Shown here: positions 9,758 through 18,397 of the stretch, piece after piece
How the letters are laid out: the number at the start of each line of letters is the position of its first letter
Position numbering within the stretch: the first letter of the stretch is position 1
Source of the DNA: Eubacteriales bacterium
GTDB taxonomy: Bacteria; Bacillota; Clostridia; Oscillospirales; CAG-272
Length of the DNA stretch: 64,000 bases
Direction: 5' to 3'
NCBI GenBank assembly: GCA_045606265.1
Contig: JAZURO010000032.1
Span: 4,430-68,429 of the forward strand
Translations under genes and position numbers: made by a program
The notes under the pieces: generated by a model
The model's input: the letters and a program-made list of their open reading frames with translations, nothing else
Databases searched by the model: none
What the model was told of the DNA's origin: nothing

Positions 9758-10963
9758 TTATACAGCATTCATCATAGACATCATAGGAACAAGAACTGAG
9801 AGTACGACAAGTGCTACAACCGCACCAAGCATAACGATTGCTATTGGTTCTATGGTAGCAACAGCTTTTGCAATACTGTTTTCAACCTGTTCATCGAAAT
9901 AAGAACCTGTGGATTCAAGTACTTCTTCAATATTACCACTCTTTTCACCGACGTTTATCATTTCAGTGAGCATGGGTGGGAACAATCGAGTAGCTTCTAT
10001 TGATGAAGCAATTCTTCTTCCACGCTTTACTTCCTCAATGGTATATTCAAATTTTCTTGTAAAAATTTCATTTCCAAGCATCTTTTTAAGATTTTCGAGA
10101 ATATCAATCATACTCATACCGCTACCCAAAAGAATAACAAAGGCTCTTGAAAATCTTGATGTTATGAGATTCTTTTCGATTTTGGAAATTACAGGTAAAT
10201 GATACATCATCAAATCTTTAACATATCTTCCCTTTTTGGTTTTGAAAAACATAATGATGCCGAAGATCAATATTGCAAGACCGGGAAGAATAATGAAGAT
10301 GTAGTCCTGAATAAATTGTGATACACCCATAACGATTTGTGTGATTTTGGGAACGTCGCCACCGAGCTGAGTGATTGTTTCTTCAAACTGAGGCAAAACG
10401 AATAAGCAAAGGAAAATAATAACCACAAAAATCATACAAATAAGCAATGTGGGATATACCATGGCGGAAGATGCTTTTTTCTTTATTTTACGGTCATTCT
10501 CATAATAGTCAGCCATATTGCTCATAACCTTATCAAGTGTTCCGCTGACTTCACCTATTCCGACCATACTTACAAAAAATCTCGGGAACACCTTGGGATG
10601 CTTTGCAAATGCTTCGGAAAGCAGCACTCCCGATTCAACGTCAAGATATACCGCCTGTAAAACGTTTCTGAATGTAACTGTGAATTTTTGCTTATGAAGA
10701 TTATTCAAGCAATCACTAATTGGTATTCCGGCTTTAAGCATAACCGAGAATTGACGTAAAAACGTAATAACCTCATTAAACTTAACTTTACTACTGATGG
10801 CAAAAAACTCATTTTCCTTCTCTTCTTTAACCACCTTATAGCTGAGCATATGTATTTGGTCTTTACGAACTTGAGCTTTTAATGAAAGCTCGTCTGTGGC
10901 CTCTCTGATAACCGTCTGTCTTTGACCTGACGAGTTAATAACCTTACATTTATACAAAGGCAT
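9758..10963 (-). CDS. pilC: type IV pilus platform protein (GspF/PilC family)
   Basis: 401 aa with duplicated T2SSF repeats (FLRQFSVMLKAGIPI... and FSRAFVILLGSGMSM...) and three TM segments. Confidence 0.9.
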   Translation of the reverse strand: MPLYKCKVINSSGQRQTVIREATDELSLKAQVRKDQIHMLSYKVVKEEKENEFFAISSKVKFNEVITFLRQFSVMLKAGIPISDCLNNLHKQKFTVTFRNVLQAVYLDVESGVLLSEAFAKHPKVFPRFFVSMVGIGEVSGTLDKVMSNMADYYENDRKIKKKASSAMVYPTLLICMIFVVIIFLCLFVLPQFEETITQLGGDVPKITQIVMGVSQFIQDYIFIILPGLAILIFGIIMFFKTKKGRYVKDLMMYHLPVISKIEKNLITSRFSRAFVILLGSGMSMIDILENLKKMLGNEIFTRKFEYTIEEVKRGRRIASSIEATRLFPPMLTEMINVGEKSGNIEEVLESTGSYFDEQVENSIAKAVATIEPIAIVMLGAVVALVVLSVLVPMMSMMNAV

Positions 10964-11762
10964 TAAGCATTACCTCCCAATATAATTTCATAACTTCATC
11001 ACCATATATTGCCATAAATCCTATTCCAAGCAATAAATATGGTCCAAATGCAATTTCTGCTTCTCTTTCTGTCTTTGAAACTTTAATTTTGATTATCTCA
11101 ATTATCGATCCGAGGAAAGTTGCAATAATTATTGAAATCAATAGCGGAAAAGCACCTATCATCAAACCACCGATTCCAACGAGATAAATATCCCCCGAAC
11201 CAAGAGCATCTTTTTTTAATACAAGCTTTGCAATCAACTTTATTGCGCCAAAAAAACCAAAGCCAAGAACAGCCCCGCCAATGTGTGACCAAATATCAGC
11301 ATTGAAAAGCATTACACGATATCCGGCGATAAACACGGCCAACACAACGAAAATAATAAGAGTAATATCATAAATATCGTGTGTTTCATAATCTATGGCA
11401 GCAATAATCAAGAACAAAAATACAAGCAGCATCAATGATACGAATAATGGCAAGGTCACAAAGCTGTCCCCATATTGAAGATAAGCAAACATAAATCCAA
11501 GGCCGCCGAAGATTTCAATCAGAAGTGAGAAAACACCTATTTTTGATTTGCAATTTCTACATTTGCCACCAAGAAATAACCAAGATAAAATGGGAATATT
11601 GTCATAAGCTTTAATGGGCTTTTTACAGCTTGGACAATATGAGTCGGGCTTAATGATAGACAGCCCCTTAGGAGATCTGTATGCCACGACGCCTGCAAAG
11701 CTTGCAAATATTGCACCAAAAGCAAATGCAAAAACAGAAAAAAGTATCTTAAATGCAAGCAT
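10950..11762 (-). CDS. pilD: prepilin peptidase (A24 family, with N-terminal Cys-rich methyltransferase-type region)
   Basis: CPSCKKPI...CRNCKSKI zinc motif, polytopic membrane protein, catalytic-type GSGDIYL region; 14-nt overlaps with both neighbouring genes. Confidence 0.9.
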   Translation of the reverse strand: MLAFKILFSVFAFAFGAIFASFAGVVAYRSPKGLSIIKPDSYCPSCKKPIKAYDNIPILSWLFLGGKCRNCKSKIGVFSLLIEIFGGLGFMFAYLQYGDSFVTLPLFVSLMLLVFLFLIIAAIDYETHDIYDITLIIFVVLAVFIAGYRVMLFNADIWSHIGGAVLGFGFFGAIKLIAKLVLKKDALGSGDIYLVGIGGLMIGAFPLLISIIIATFLGSIIEIIKIKVSKTEREAEIAFGPYLLLGIGFMAIYGDEVMKLYWEVMLNAFV

Positions 11763-11946
11763 CTACATCAACCTCCTCAAAAGTATCGTTATAAATCACT
11801 TGACCGTCAAGTTCCTGCAAATTATTCTTTGCAAAAAACATATATCTCATAATCATTGTAAATGCAGAGGTTACCGTTATAGTCATAACAAACGTAAGAA
11901 TCAGAACAACTGCAAGTACGTATCCTTTTTGCTTGTTATTTTTCAT
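11749..11946 (-). CDS. 65-aa PilX-N/ComGG-like pseudopilin candidate
   Basis: MKNNKQKG|YVLAVVLILTFVM: basic leader, Gly, then a hydrophobic helix with no Glu at +5. The ATG shares one base with the upstream TGA (TGATG) and GGGAGG lies 6 nt upstream, which favours it over the ORF-track start at 11967. Confidence 0.55.
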   Translation of the reverse strand: MKNNKQKGYVLAVVLILTFVMTITVTSAFTMIMRYMFFAKNNLQELDGQVIYNDTFEEVDVDACI

Positions 11947-12359
11947 CAGTTGCCTCCCTTCTGACATTGAAGCTCATTAACATATGCGGTCTGACGATCA
12001 ACGCTGAATATTGATATAATCAATATATTAGGATCACTTGTGCTTTCTTTACTCTCAACAAGGAAAGAAGCGTCCTGTTCGCTTGAAATTGGTTTGAAAT
12101 TCTCATCCAAATATCCAACACTCATTTCAGGATTATACTCATTAATTCCAAAATATTCAGCAAACCAAGTGTTTTCATATTTTTCCCAATATGCATCAAT
12201 ATCATAGCACACCATTTCAAGCTTTACATACTCTTCCTGGCGATTAATTACATTTTTCATAGCTATTATAGAGGAAAATAACGTAAGCGAAATAATAGAA
12301 AATACAGCTATTGCAACGATTACTTCAACCAACGTTACGCCTTTTTGAGTTTTTTTCAT
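11946..12359 (-). CDS. prepilin-type N-terminal cleavage/methylation domain protein (minor pilin candidate)
   Basis: MKKTQKG|VTLVEVIVAIAVFSII: class III signal peptide with Glu at +5 and an unusual Val at +1. Confidence 0.8.
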   Translation of the reverse strand: MKKTQKGVTLVEVIVAIAVFSIISLTLFSSIIAMKNVINRQEEYVKLEMVCYDIDAYWEKYENTWFAEYFGINEYNPEMSVGYLDENFKPISSEQDASFLVESKESTSDPNILIISIFSVDRQTAYVNELQCQKGGN

Positions 12360-12403
12360 ATGCTACTCTATCTTTCGCTCCACGAAAGCTCCTTTCTACA
12401 AAA

Positions 12404-13645
12404 CTATTGTTCTTCAACATCCTCGGGCTTGGGAATCAAACCGAATTGTTCCACAAGATCTTGAATAAGAACGAATGCACCTTCTTGACGGAATCCGCTT
12501 GCAATTCTGTAAAGACACGAGGTATCTTCAAATCCCTTACGTTTAGTCAATGCACAGGGATAACGTGAGTTAATGTATTTTTTAGGATCCGTCGGCAAAT
12601 AAAGCAAAACTCTATTGTGGTGTATATCAAGACGTGCATATACCTTGTTTCCGATATAGAATACTGCTGCCTGGTCGGTAATTTTGCACTTCATATCAGT
12701 ATAGCTCAAAAACTTCTTTGCAAGAGCATCATATCTTGATCTGAGAATAACGTTGCAGGTTGCGTAACGCTTTGCAAAAATCGTGGAATCGTCATCATAA
12801 TTTTCCCAAATTACGTCAATCTCAACCGTCTCAGGTTCAACAAGCATTGAAACAGAGGGCTCTTCAACAATCTTTGTTGACACTTCTTCAGCTGCAATAT
12901 CCGAAATTCTCTTAAGACCTATATTGAAATCAATGGATTCGTCAGAATTAATACCGTAGTGAGTTATAGGTCTGCATTGGAATTCAAACTCGTGTTTAGA
13001 AGCGATAAGCAAAAATTTATTAACGATAGTTTTTGTGTCCTCGAATTCAAAATCATAACTTGTTATCAAATTATTATCCGATACCAATATCATTGTACAG
13101 TTTTTATTGCGAATATAGAAATAAACGTAGTCTCCTTTGTAGCTCAATGATTCGCAGAATGCCATTCCAAAAGGTTTAACCTCATCAATTTCAGAATTAA
13201 GCAACTTAGCTATTTTTGCAAATGACTCTATTATTTTTTTGGACAAGTAATAAGTGTTGAACATATAGCCAACACCGAATTTATAGGAGTTATTCGCAGT
13301 TTGGAACAAATCCTTATTTACCTTACTCTTCATTTCCTTGTTATAAAGATAAAGCGCTTGCACATAATTCTTTACAGGAAGATTTAATGTAGTACGGTAC
13401 GTTTCGGTGCATCTTAAAAGAAGCAATATTTCAGGCACCGCCGTTAAGCCGAGCTTATCCATTTCAAATTTTATTCTATCAACGACGGATTCAGTTTGTG
13501 TAATGATTCCATCCTCAATCGGATAGTCCTGAAGATCAATGAATATTTCCTTTGATTCAGAATTGTTCTTATTCTGTGGAAAATAGATCTTCAAATAACC
13601 GTTTCCAAAATTACAATATTCAAAAACACATTGATTTTGAGCCAT
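12404..13645 (-). CDS. hypothetical soluble protein embedded in the pilus operon (possible PilM-like N-terminal region, acidic linker, unassigned C-terminal domain)
   Basis: 413 aa with AGGAGG 10 nt upstream and no hydrophobic segment. It occupies the slot where pilM usually sits. The PilM resemblance is only a pattern-level impression and no DxGS phosphate-1 motif was seen. Confidence 0.45.
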   Translation of the reverse strand: MAQNQCVFEYCNFGNGYLKIYFPQNKNNSESKEIFIDLQDYPIEDGIITQTESVVDRIKFEMDKLGLTAVPEILLLLRCTETYRTTLNLPVKNYVQALYLYNKEMKSKVNKDLFQTANNSYKFGVGYMFNTYYLSKKIIESFAKIAKLLNSEIDEVKPFGMAFCESLSYKGDYVYFYIRNKNCTMILVSDNNLITSYDFEFEDTKTIVNKFLLIASKHEFEFQCRPITHYGINSDESIDFNIGLKRISDIAAEEVSTKIVEEPSVSMLVEPETVEIDVIWENYDDDSTIFAKRYATCNVILRSRYDALAKKFLSYTDMKCKITDQAAVFYIGNKVYARLDIHHNRVLLYLPTDPKKYINSRYPCALTKRKGFEDTSCLYRIASGFRQEGAFVLIQDLVEQFGLIPKPEDVEEQ

Positions 13646-13659
13646 TATCTTTTAACCTC

Positions 13660-14022
13660 CTACTGACCAATGCCTAATATAAATTCAAACTGTCTGCCAC
13701 TTTCAAATGTCATATAACATTTGATAAAATCAGTGGTTTCTATATTAAAGTAAGTCAACCCGGTGTTCGCAAAAATGATTTCACCGTTCTCCTTGACTAA
13801 ATCTCCGTCAATAAGATTTATATCAAGGGAATCTTGCATTGTTTTTCTTAAATATTTCTCAATATTCTTTGCCATATCAATTTCTTCTGATTGCTGCATC
13901 ATTTGATCTGTCATCGTTGTAACAAAGACCATAGCGCCACCTATAAGTGAAAACATTAGAGTCGCAATAAGCATAACCACAAGAACTTCAATTAAAGTAA
14001 AACCTTTTTTCTTTTGCAACAT
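13660..14022 (-). CDS. type IV pilin (major pilin candidate, first gene of the operon)
   Basis: MLQKKKG|FTLIEVLVVMLIATLMF: canonical prepilin leader, Phe at +1, Glu at +5; AAGGAG lies 5 nt upstream. Confidence 0.85.
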   Translation of the reverse strand: MLQKKKGFTLIEVLVVMLIATLMFSLIGGAMVFVTTMTDQMMQQSEEIDMAKNIEKYLRKTMQDSLDINLIDGDLVKENGEIIFANTGLTYFNIETTDFIKCYMTFESGRQFEFILGIGQ

Positions 14023-14050
14023 AGGATCTCCTTTCTATAAAACTAAATAT

Positions 14051-14081
14051 GGCGAGGAGATGACGCTGTCACCACCTCGCC
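14051..14081 (-). promoter_or_regulatory. GC-rich stem-loop in the pilin leader
   Basis: mRNA sense GGCGAGG-UGGUGAC-AGC-GUCAUCU-CCUCGCC (about 13 bp, one mismatch), between the promoter and the RBS and followed by AUAUUUAGUUUU. Confidence 0.6.
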
Positions 14082-14109
14082 TGATTCACAATATAATTTA
14101 TATATTAGT

Positions 14110-14138
14110 ATTATATCACTATAATCATATTTTGTCAA
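14110..14138 (-). promoter_or_regulatory. consensus sigma-A promoter for the pilus operon (TTGACA-17-TATAAT)
   Basis: Minus strand: ttgaca (14138-14133), 17-nt spacer, tataat (14115-14110). Confidence 0.7.
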
Positions 14139-14186
14139 TACTTTAATACACACAAAATTATGTGTTTATTGCAAAAATTGTCAAAT

Positions 14187-15161
14187 TTAGTTTGCGTATC
14201 TTATTTGTTGCGATACCCCCATTTTATAAGAAATAAGTTTGTCTGAATCAAGATTTTCGTTATGCATTTTTATTGCGTTTATCTGACTATTTTCATAAGT
14301 TTTATAGAAGTATTCTCCCGTGTCAGTATTACAGCAGCTTGAATACTGCGTGCGTTCATACTTGTTTCCAACCATAACGGTTCCTTCAATTTGCTCAACT
14401 GATGAAAGAATATGGAAAAACTGTGTGATTTCCTCATTTTCTAAGCCGTTTATTCTGGAATTCAGCTTGTTAAATGAGCATCTTACAAATCTCGATACTG
14501 AGGAATTGTCCCCGGGCAACCCAAGTGCGCCCATACCCCTACTGTAATTCTCCAATTTCACCTTATCAGAGAACTTATTTATAGGTTCTGCACTTGAAAT
14601 ACCCATATAGTTGTTTAAGTTCATCATCTGATAGTCAAACGGTGGATTATTAGTTAATACTCCAATTGGGTTTGGATAAATTATACTTCCATCTTGTGTA
14701 TTTTCCCACGTAATACTCTTACTTTTATCAGAAATCATCCAATGCAACTGTGCATTTTGTAAATTATCTGTAAACCTTTTATCAACTATATTAATTTTCT
14801 TTATAAGCTCTTCAGATTCATCCACCGACCTACACTTTCCAAGAATATAGGGCAAAATTTCATATGGTGCTAAATTAATTTTATTTGGATCTTCCCTGGC
14901 ACTAAGATACGCATTGCCAACAAAATTAAGTCCCGCAACACTTAATCCATATTCGTTAGTTCCATCAAAGTATAAGGGATAATTCTCAACAACAAACGCT
15001 GTCCCTATAATCGCAAAATGCCTTCGCTCTATTTCTCCCGACTTATATCTGAAAATGTAATTCCTTGGAGTAATTACTATACTTTCCCCATACCGTTTCT
15101 CCAAATCCAGGTTTCTGCCAAAATAATGATTATTCCCTTTAATACTTATTGCAGTACACAT
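14187..15161 (-). CDS. choloylglycine hydrolase family Ntn-hydrolase (bile salt hydrolase / penicillin V acylase type)
   Basis: Starts MCTAISIKG...GRNLD (nucleophile Cys2, Arg/Asp). VLTNNPPFDYQ and SSVSRFVR are family motifs. 324 aa. Confidence 0.85.
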   Translation of the reverse strand: MCTAISIKGNNHYFGRNLDLEKRYGESIVITPRNYIFRYKSGEIERRHFAIIGTAFVVENYPLYFDGTNEYGLSVAGLNFVGNAYLSAREDPNKINLAPYEILPYILGKCRSVDESEELIKKINIVDKRFTDNLQNAQLHWMISDKSKSITWENTQDGSIIYPNPIGVLTNNPPFDYQMMNLNNYMGISSAEPINKFSDKVKLENYSRGMGALGLPGDNSSVSRFVRCSFNKLNSRINGLENEEITQFFHILSSVEQIEGTVMVGNKYERTQYSSCCNTDTGEYFYKTYENSQINAIKMHNENLDSDKLISYKMGVSQQIRYAN

Positions 15162-15191
15162 ATAATCACATCCTTTCTATGATGTGATTAT
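15162..15191 (-). promoter_or_regulatory. perfect 11-bp inverted repeat (8-nt spacer) abutting the hydrolase start codon
   Basis: ataatcacatc (15162-15172) and gatgtgattat (15181-15191) are exact reverse complements. On the mRNA, the loop and the first stem bases carry the GAAAGGA Shine-Dalgarno. Confidence 0.7.
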
Positions 15192-15203
15192 TACCACTTT
15201 TCA

Positions 15204-15236
15204 GAATAATAATAAGGGCGGTGCTAAGCACCGCCC
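15204..15236 (-). terminator. intrinsic terminator after the zinc-ribbon gene
   Basis: gggcggtgc-taa-gcaccgccc stem (9 GC-rich bp), followed on the minus strand by UUAUUAUUAUU. Confidence 0.7.
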
Positions 15237-15241
15237 TGAAA

Positions 15242-15655
15242 TTACGTTTTTCTATCAAATTGGGTTGAGCATTTAACGCAAGTTATTGTTATCTTGCCCC
15301 TGCCCTTTGGTACACGGAGCCACGTTTTACATTTTGGACAACGATAAAATTTATGCGTTTTTCTTTGCTTCCACTTTGCTTTTCTGATATTAATAAATCC
15401 AAGATATCTTTTATTCTCCTGAACGCGCTTATATACATTCTTAGAAAAAATTCTGAAATATGCATATATCATCAAAGCCCAACTTACAAGCGAAAGAATA
15501 TACTTTACAATCCACTGATTCTGAGGCCAGAATCCATAGATCAAAAAGACAATGATAGACGAAATTAGGAATAATTTAGCTAAATCGTCAAATCCGTTTC
15601 TTCCGTAAAAAAACTTTCTAATTTTACCTGCAAGTCTAAACAAAAAGTTTCTCAC
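15242..15655 (-). CDS. membrane protein with C-terminal zinc-ribbon
   Basis: Two predicted TM helices followed by CPKC...(16)...CVKC; 15 nt downstream of the ABC gene, so probably co-transcribed. Confidence 0.6.
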   Translation of the reverse strand: MRNFLFRLAGKIRKFFYGRNGFDDLAKLFLISSIIVFLIYGFWPQNQWIVKYILSLVSWALMIYAYFRIFSKNVYKRVQENKRYLGFINIRKAKWKQRKTHKFYRCPKCKTWLRVPKGRGKITITCVKCSTQFDRKT

Positions 15656-15670
15656 TGTTTTACACTTCCT

Positions 15671-18397
15671 TTATTCTGTTCTCAATGCAATTACCGGATC
15701 TTTTTTAGATGCTGTCTTTGATGGGAACAAGCCAGCAATAAACGTAAGCACCATACTGATTCCCACAAGAATAATTGCGGGTACAGGTTCAAGAACTGCT
15801 TGAAGATTTTCAAGACCTGTAAGATTGAGAAGAATAATATTAATTATTACTATCAATCCAAGCGAGCATACGATACCTATTATACCTGCTACAAATCCGA
15901 CAAACAATGTTTCTGCATTAAATACTCTAGCAATATCTCGTTTTGACGCGCCAATAGCACGAAGAATACCAATTTCCTTAGTTCTTTCAAGAACTGAAAT
16001 ATACGTAATGATACCAATCATAATTGAGGATACAACCAACGAAATTGCTACAAATGCGATCAATACGTAAGAAATAGCATCAATAATTGTAGTTACCGAA
16101 TTCATAAGCAACGCAACTGTATCGGAATATACTATTTTATCGTCCTCAGGTTGCTGTGCATTATACTCACTTATTATTTCGTTAATACGTTCTTTTGCTT
16201 CAAAATCTTTGGGATAAATTGAAATTGAAGTAGGATTATCAATATCCACATATCCAAGCGCCTTGAGGTTCTCCTCGTATGTGTTATCGGTAATTTTATC
16301 TTCATTCAATTTATTGATTATCATTTTCATCAATGATTCGGCATTGGTAGGAACATACTGAGTAATAATGTCTTTCAAATACGGCATGTTCAGCTCATCA
16401 GCAATATACTCAATAATAAATGTCGTGTCTATACCGGGATATTTTTCAATCAATTCCTTTATTATTGGAAAACTATCCATTGTATAGCCCTCAGAATCGA
16501 ATCTGATACCGGTAAATACATCCACTTCTTTATTGTTAAGCTGCGCCTTTACAACATCACTATTATTGGTTTTGTAGATGATGTCTTCTTTAAGACCAGA
16601 CAAATAACCAATTGTACCAATATTACTCATAGCTGTCGAATCACTTGTGGGGCGAACAATACCAACAATTTTAAGATCCATTGCATCATCAATGCGTTGG
16701 TTCAAAATTTCGCTATCTCGTTTGTAATCAGGGTTAAGCTTTTTTACATTTCCATCTTCAAAAGTATAATAATCACTGCTCAAAAGAACTTTGAATTGGA
16801 AATTGTATATTTCTTCGTATGTGTAATCAGTTGCAGGAATATCAAATTCAACCTTAGTACCGTTAATCTGAGCTTTTATCGCCTCTTCCATATATTCCTG
16901 AATCTCGGCAAAATCTCTGATTCCAAGTACATAAAGAGTATAGTCGGAGATCTGATTATTCTGGTCAACAATCAAAACTATCTCATTAATATTTTCAGGA
17001 TACTTACCGTCAACAAGCTCGTATTCATTCCTTATATGCTCATCCGAACCTACCAACTCGGTCCATCCGGTTGCACTTGCAGCTGGTCCCATCAATGAGG
17101 TCATACTCATCATCATATCTTTGGAAGTTCCCGTAACACCCATAGAATCATATATAGCCGTCATACCCTGTGAACTGTTTCTGTAAGTACCGTCTTCCTG
17201 CAAAAGATACATATCCCAGCTTGGAGTATATTCATACTTAATATCGGTACAGAGACTTTTCAACTCAGAATTGGACTCAATAAAGCTCTTAAATTTTTTA
17301 AGATTATTTGTAGCCACTGAGTTTGTCATCATAGACAACATTTGACCCATAATTTGACTGGAATATACTTTTCCGGGCTCTCTTTCCTGATTAGCCGATT
17401 CTGAGGCTTGCATCATTGAGGACATCATAGCGGTTGGATCCATAGCATTTTGCTGAATGATTAATGGATACGAGGACATAGTATCTTCCTCAATAGATTG
17501 GATATACGCATTAACACCGGTTGAAACCGACAATATTAGCGCAATACCAATAATACCGATCGAGCCGGCAAATGAAGTTAAGAAAGTTCTTCCCTTCTTT
17601 GTCATAAGATTGTTAAAAGAGAGGGATAGAGCAGTCCAGAATGACATTGAAGATTTTTTCTTCTTTTTGATGGATTTGCGCTTTGTCTGCTTTTCTTCAA
17701 GCTCTTCTTTTTCCGCAGAATCAAATGGATTTGAATCACCAACAAGATTACCGTCGTGAAGATTAATGATTCTGGTAGAATACTTTTCAGCCAACTCAGG
17801 ATTATGCGTAACCATAATTACAAGTCTGTCTTTGGCAATTTCTTTCAAAAGATCCATTACCTGAACACTAGTCTCAGAGTCAAGTGCACCCGTAGGTTCA
17901 TCAGCAAGCAAAATATCGGGATCGTTAATAAGAGCTCTTGCAATAGCAACTCTTTGCATTTGACCACCCGAAAGCTGATTTGGACGTTTGTTCATTTGTG
18001 AACGCAAACCAACTTTGTCAAGCGCCTGAACTGCACGTTTTCTTCTTTCGTTTTTGGAAACGCCACTGAGCGTCAACGCAAGCTCAACGTTTGCCAAAAC
18101 AGATTGATGTGAAATCAAGTTATAACTTTGGAAAATAAATCCAATGGAATGGTTTCTGTAAGTATCCCAATCAGAGTCGCTATAATCTTTTGTAGAGATA
18201 CCGTTAATGATCAAATCTCCGCTTGTGTAATGATCCAATCCACCCACTATGTTCAACAGGGTAGTTTTACCGCAGCCGGATTGACCAAGTATGGAAACGA
18301 ATTCACTCTGTCTGAATTTTATGCTGACTCCCTTAAGGGCTTCAACAGCAGACTCGTCTTTTCCGTATGTCTTTTTGATGTTAATAAGCTCTAACAT
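15671..18397 (-). CDS. fused ABC transporter ATP-binding domain + FtsX/MacB-type permease with very large extracytoplasmic domain
   Basis: N-terminal LolD/MacB-type NBD (GQSGCGKTT, LSGGQMQR, LLADEPTGALD), TM1 near residue 270, about 480 aa without TM segments, then three C-terminal FtsX-type TM helices. Confidence 0.85.
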   Translation of the reverse strand: MLELINIKKTYGKDESAVEALKGVSIKFRQSEFVSILGQSGCGKTTLLNIVGGLDHYTSGDLIINGISTKDYSDSDWDTYRNHSIGFIFQSYNLISHQSVLANVELALTLSGVSKNERRKRAVQALDKVGLRSQMNKRPNQLSGGQMQRVAIARALINDPDILLADEPTGALDSETSVQVMDLLKEIAKDRLVIMVTHNPELAEKYSTRIINLHDGNLVGDSNPFDSAEKEELEEKQTKRKSIKKKKKSSMSFWTALSLSFNNLMTKKGRTFLTSFAGSIGIIGIALILSVSTGVNAYIQSIEEDTMSSYPLIIQQNAMDPTAMMSSMMQASESANQEREPGKVYSSQIMGQMLSMMTNSVATNNLKKFKSFIESNSELKSLCTDIKYEYTPSWDMYLLQEDGTYRNSSQGMTAIYDSMGVTGTSKDMMMSMTSLMGPAASATGWTELVGSDEHIRNEYELVDGKYPENINEIVLIVDQNNQISDYTLYVLGIRDFAEIQEYMEEAIKAQINGTKVEFDIPATDYTYEEIYNFQFKVLLSSDYYTFEDGNVKKLNPDYKRDSEILNQRIDDAMDLKIVGIVRPTSDSTAMSNIGTIGYLSGLKEDIIYKTNNSDVVKAQLNNKEVDVFTGIRFDSEGYTMDSFPIIKELIEKYPGIDTTFIIEYIADELNMPYLKDIITQYVPTNAESLMKMIINKLNEDKITDNTYEENLKALGYVDIDNPTSISIYPKDFEAKERINEIISEYNAQQPEDDKIVYSDTVALLMNSVTTIIDAISYVLIAFVAISLVVSSIMIGIITYISVLERTKEIGILRAIGASKRDIARVFNAETLFVGFVAGIIGIVCSLGLIVIINIILLNLTGLENLQAVLEPVPAIILVGISMVLTFIAGLFPSKTASKKDPVIALRTE

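Noticed and set aside
14023-14103. Possible c-di-GMP riboswitch upstream of the pilin gene, as at C. difficile pilA1
   Set aside because: The leader is only about 80 nt and contains a single simple hairpin. I could not recognise the conserved c-di-GMP-I or c-di-GMP-II cores. A covariance-model scan (Rfam) would be needed to exclude it fully.
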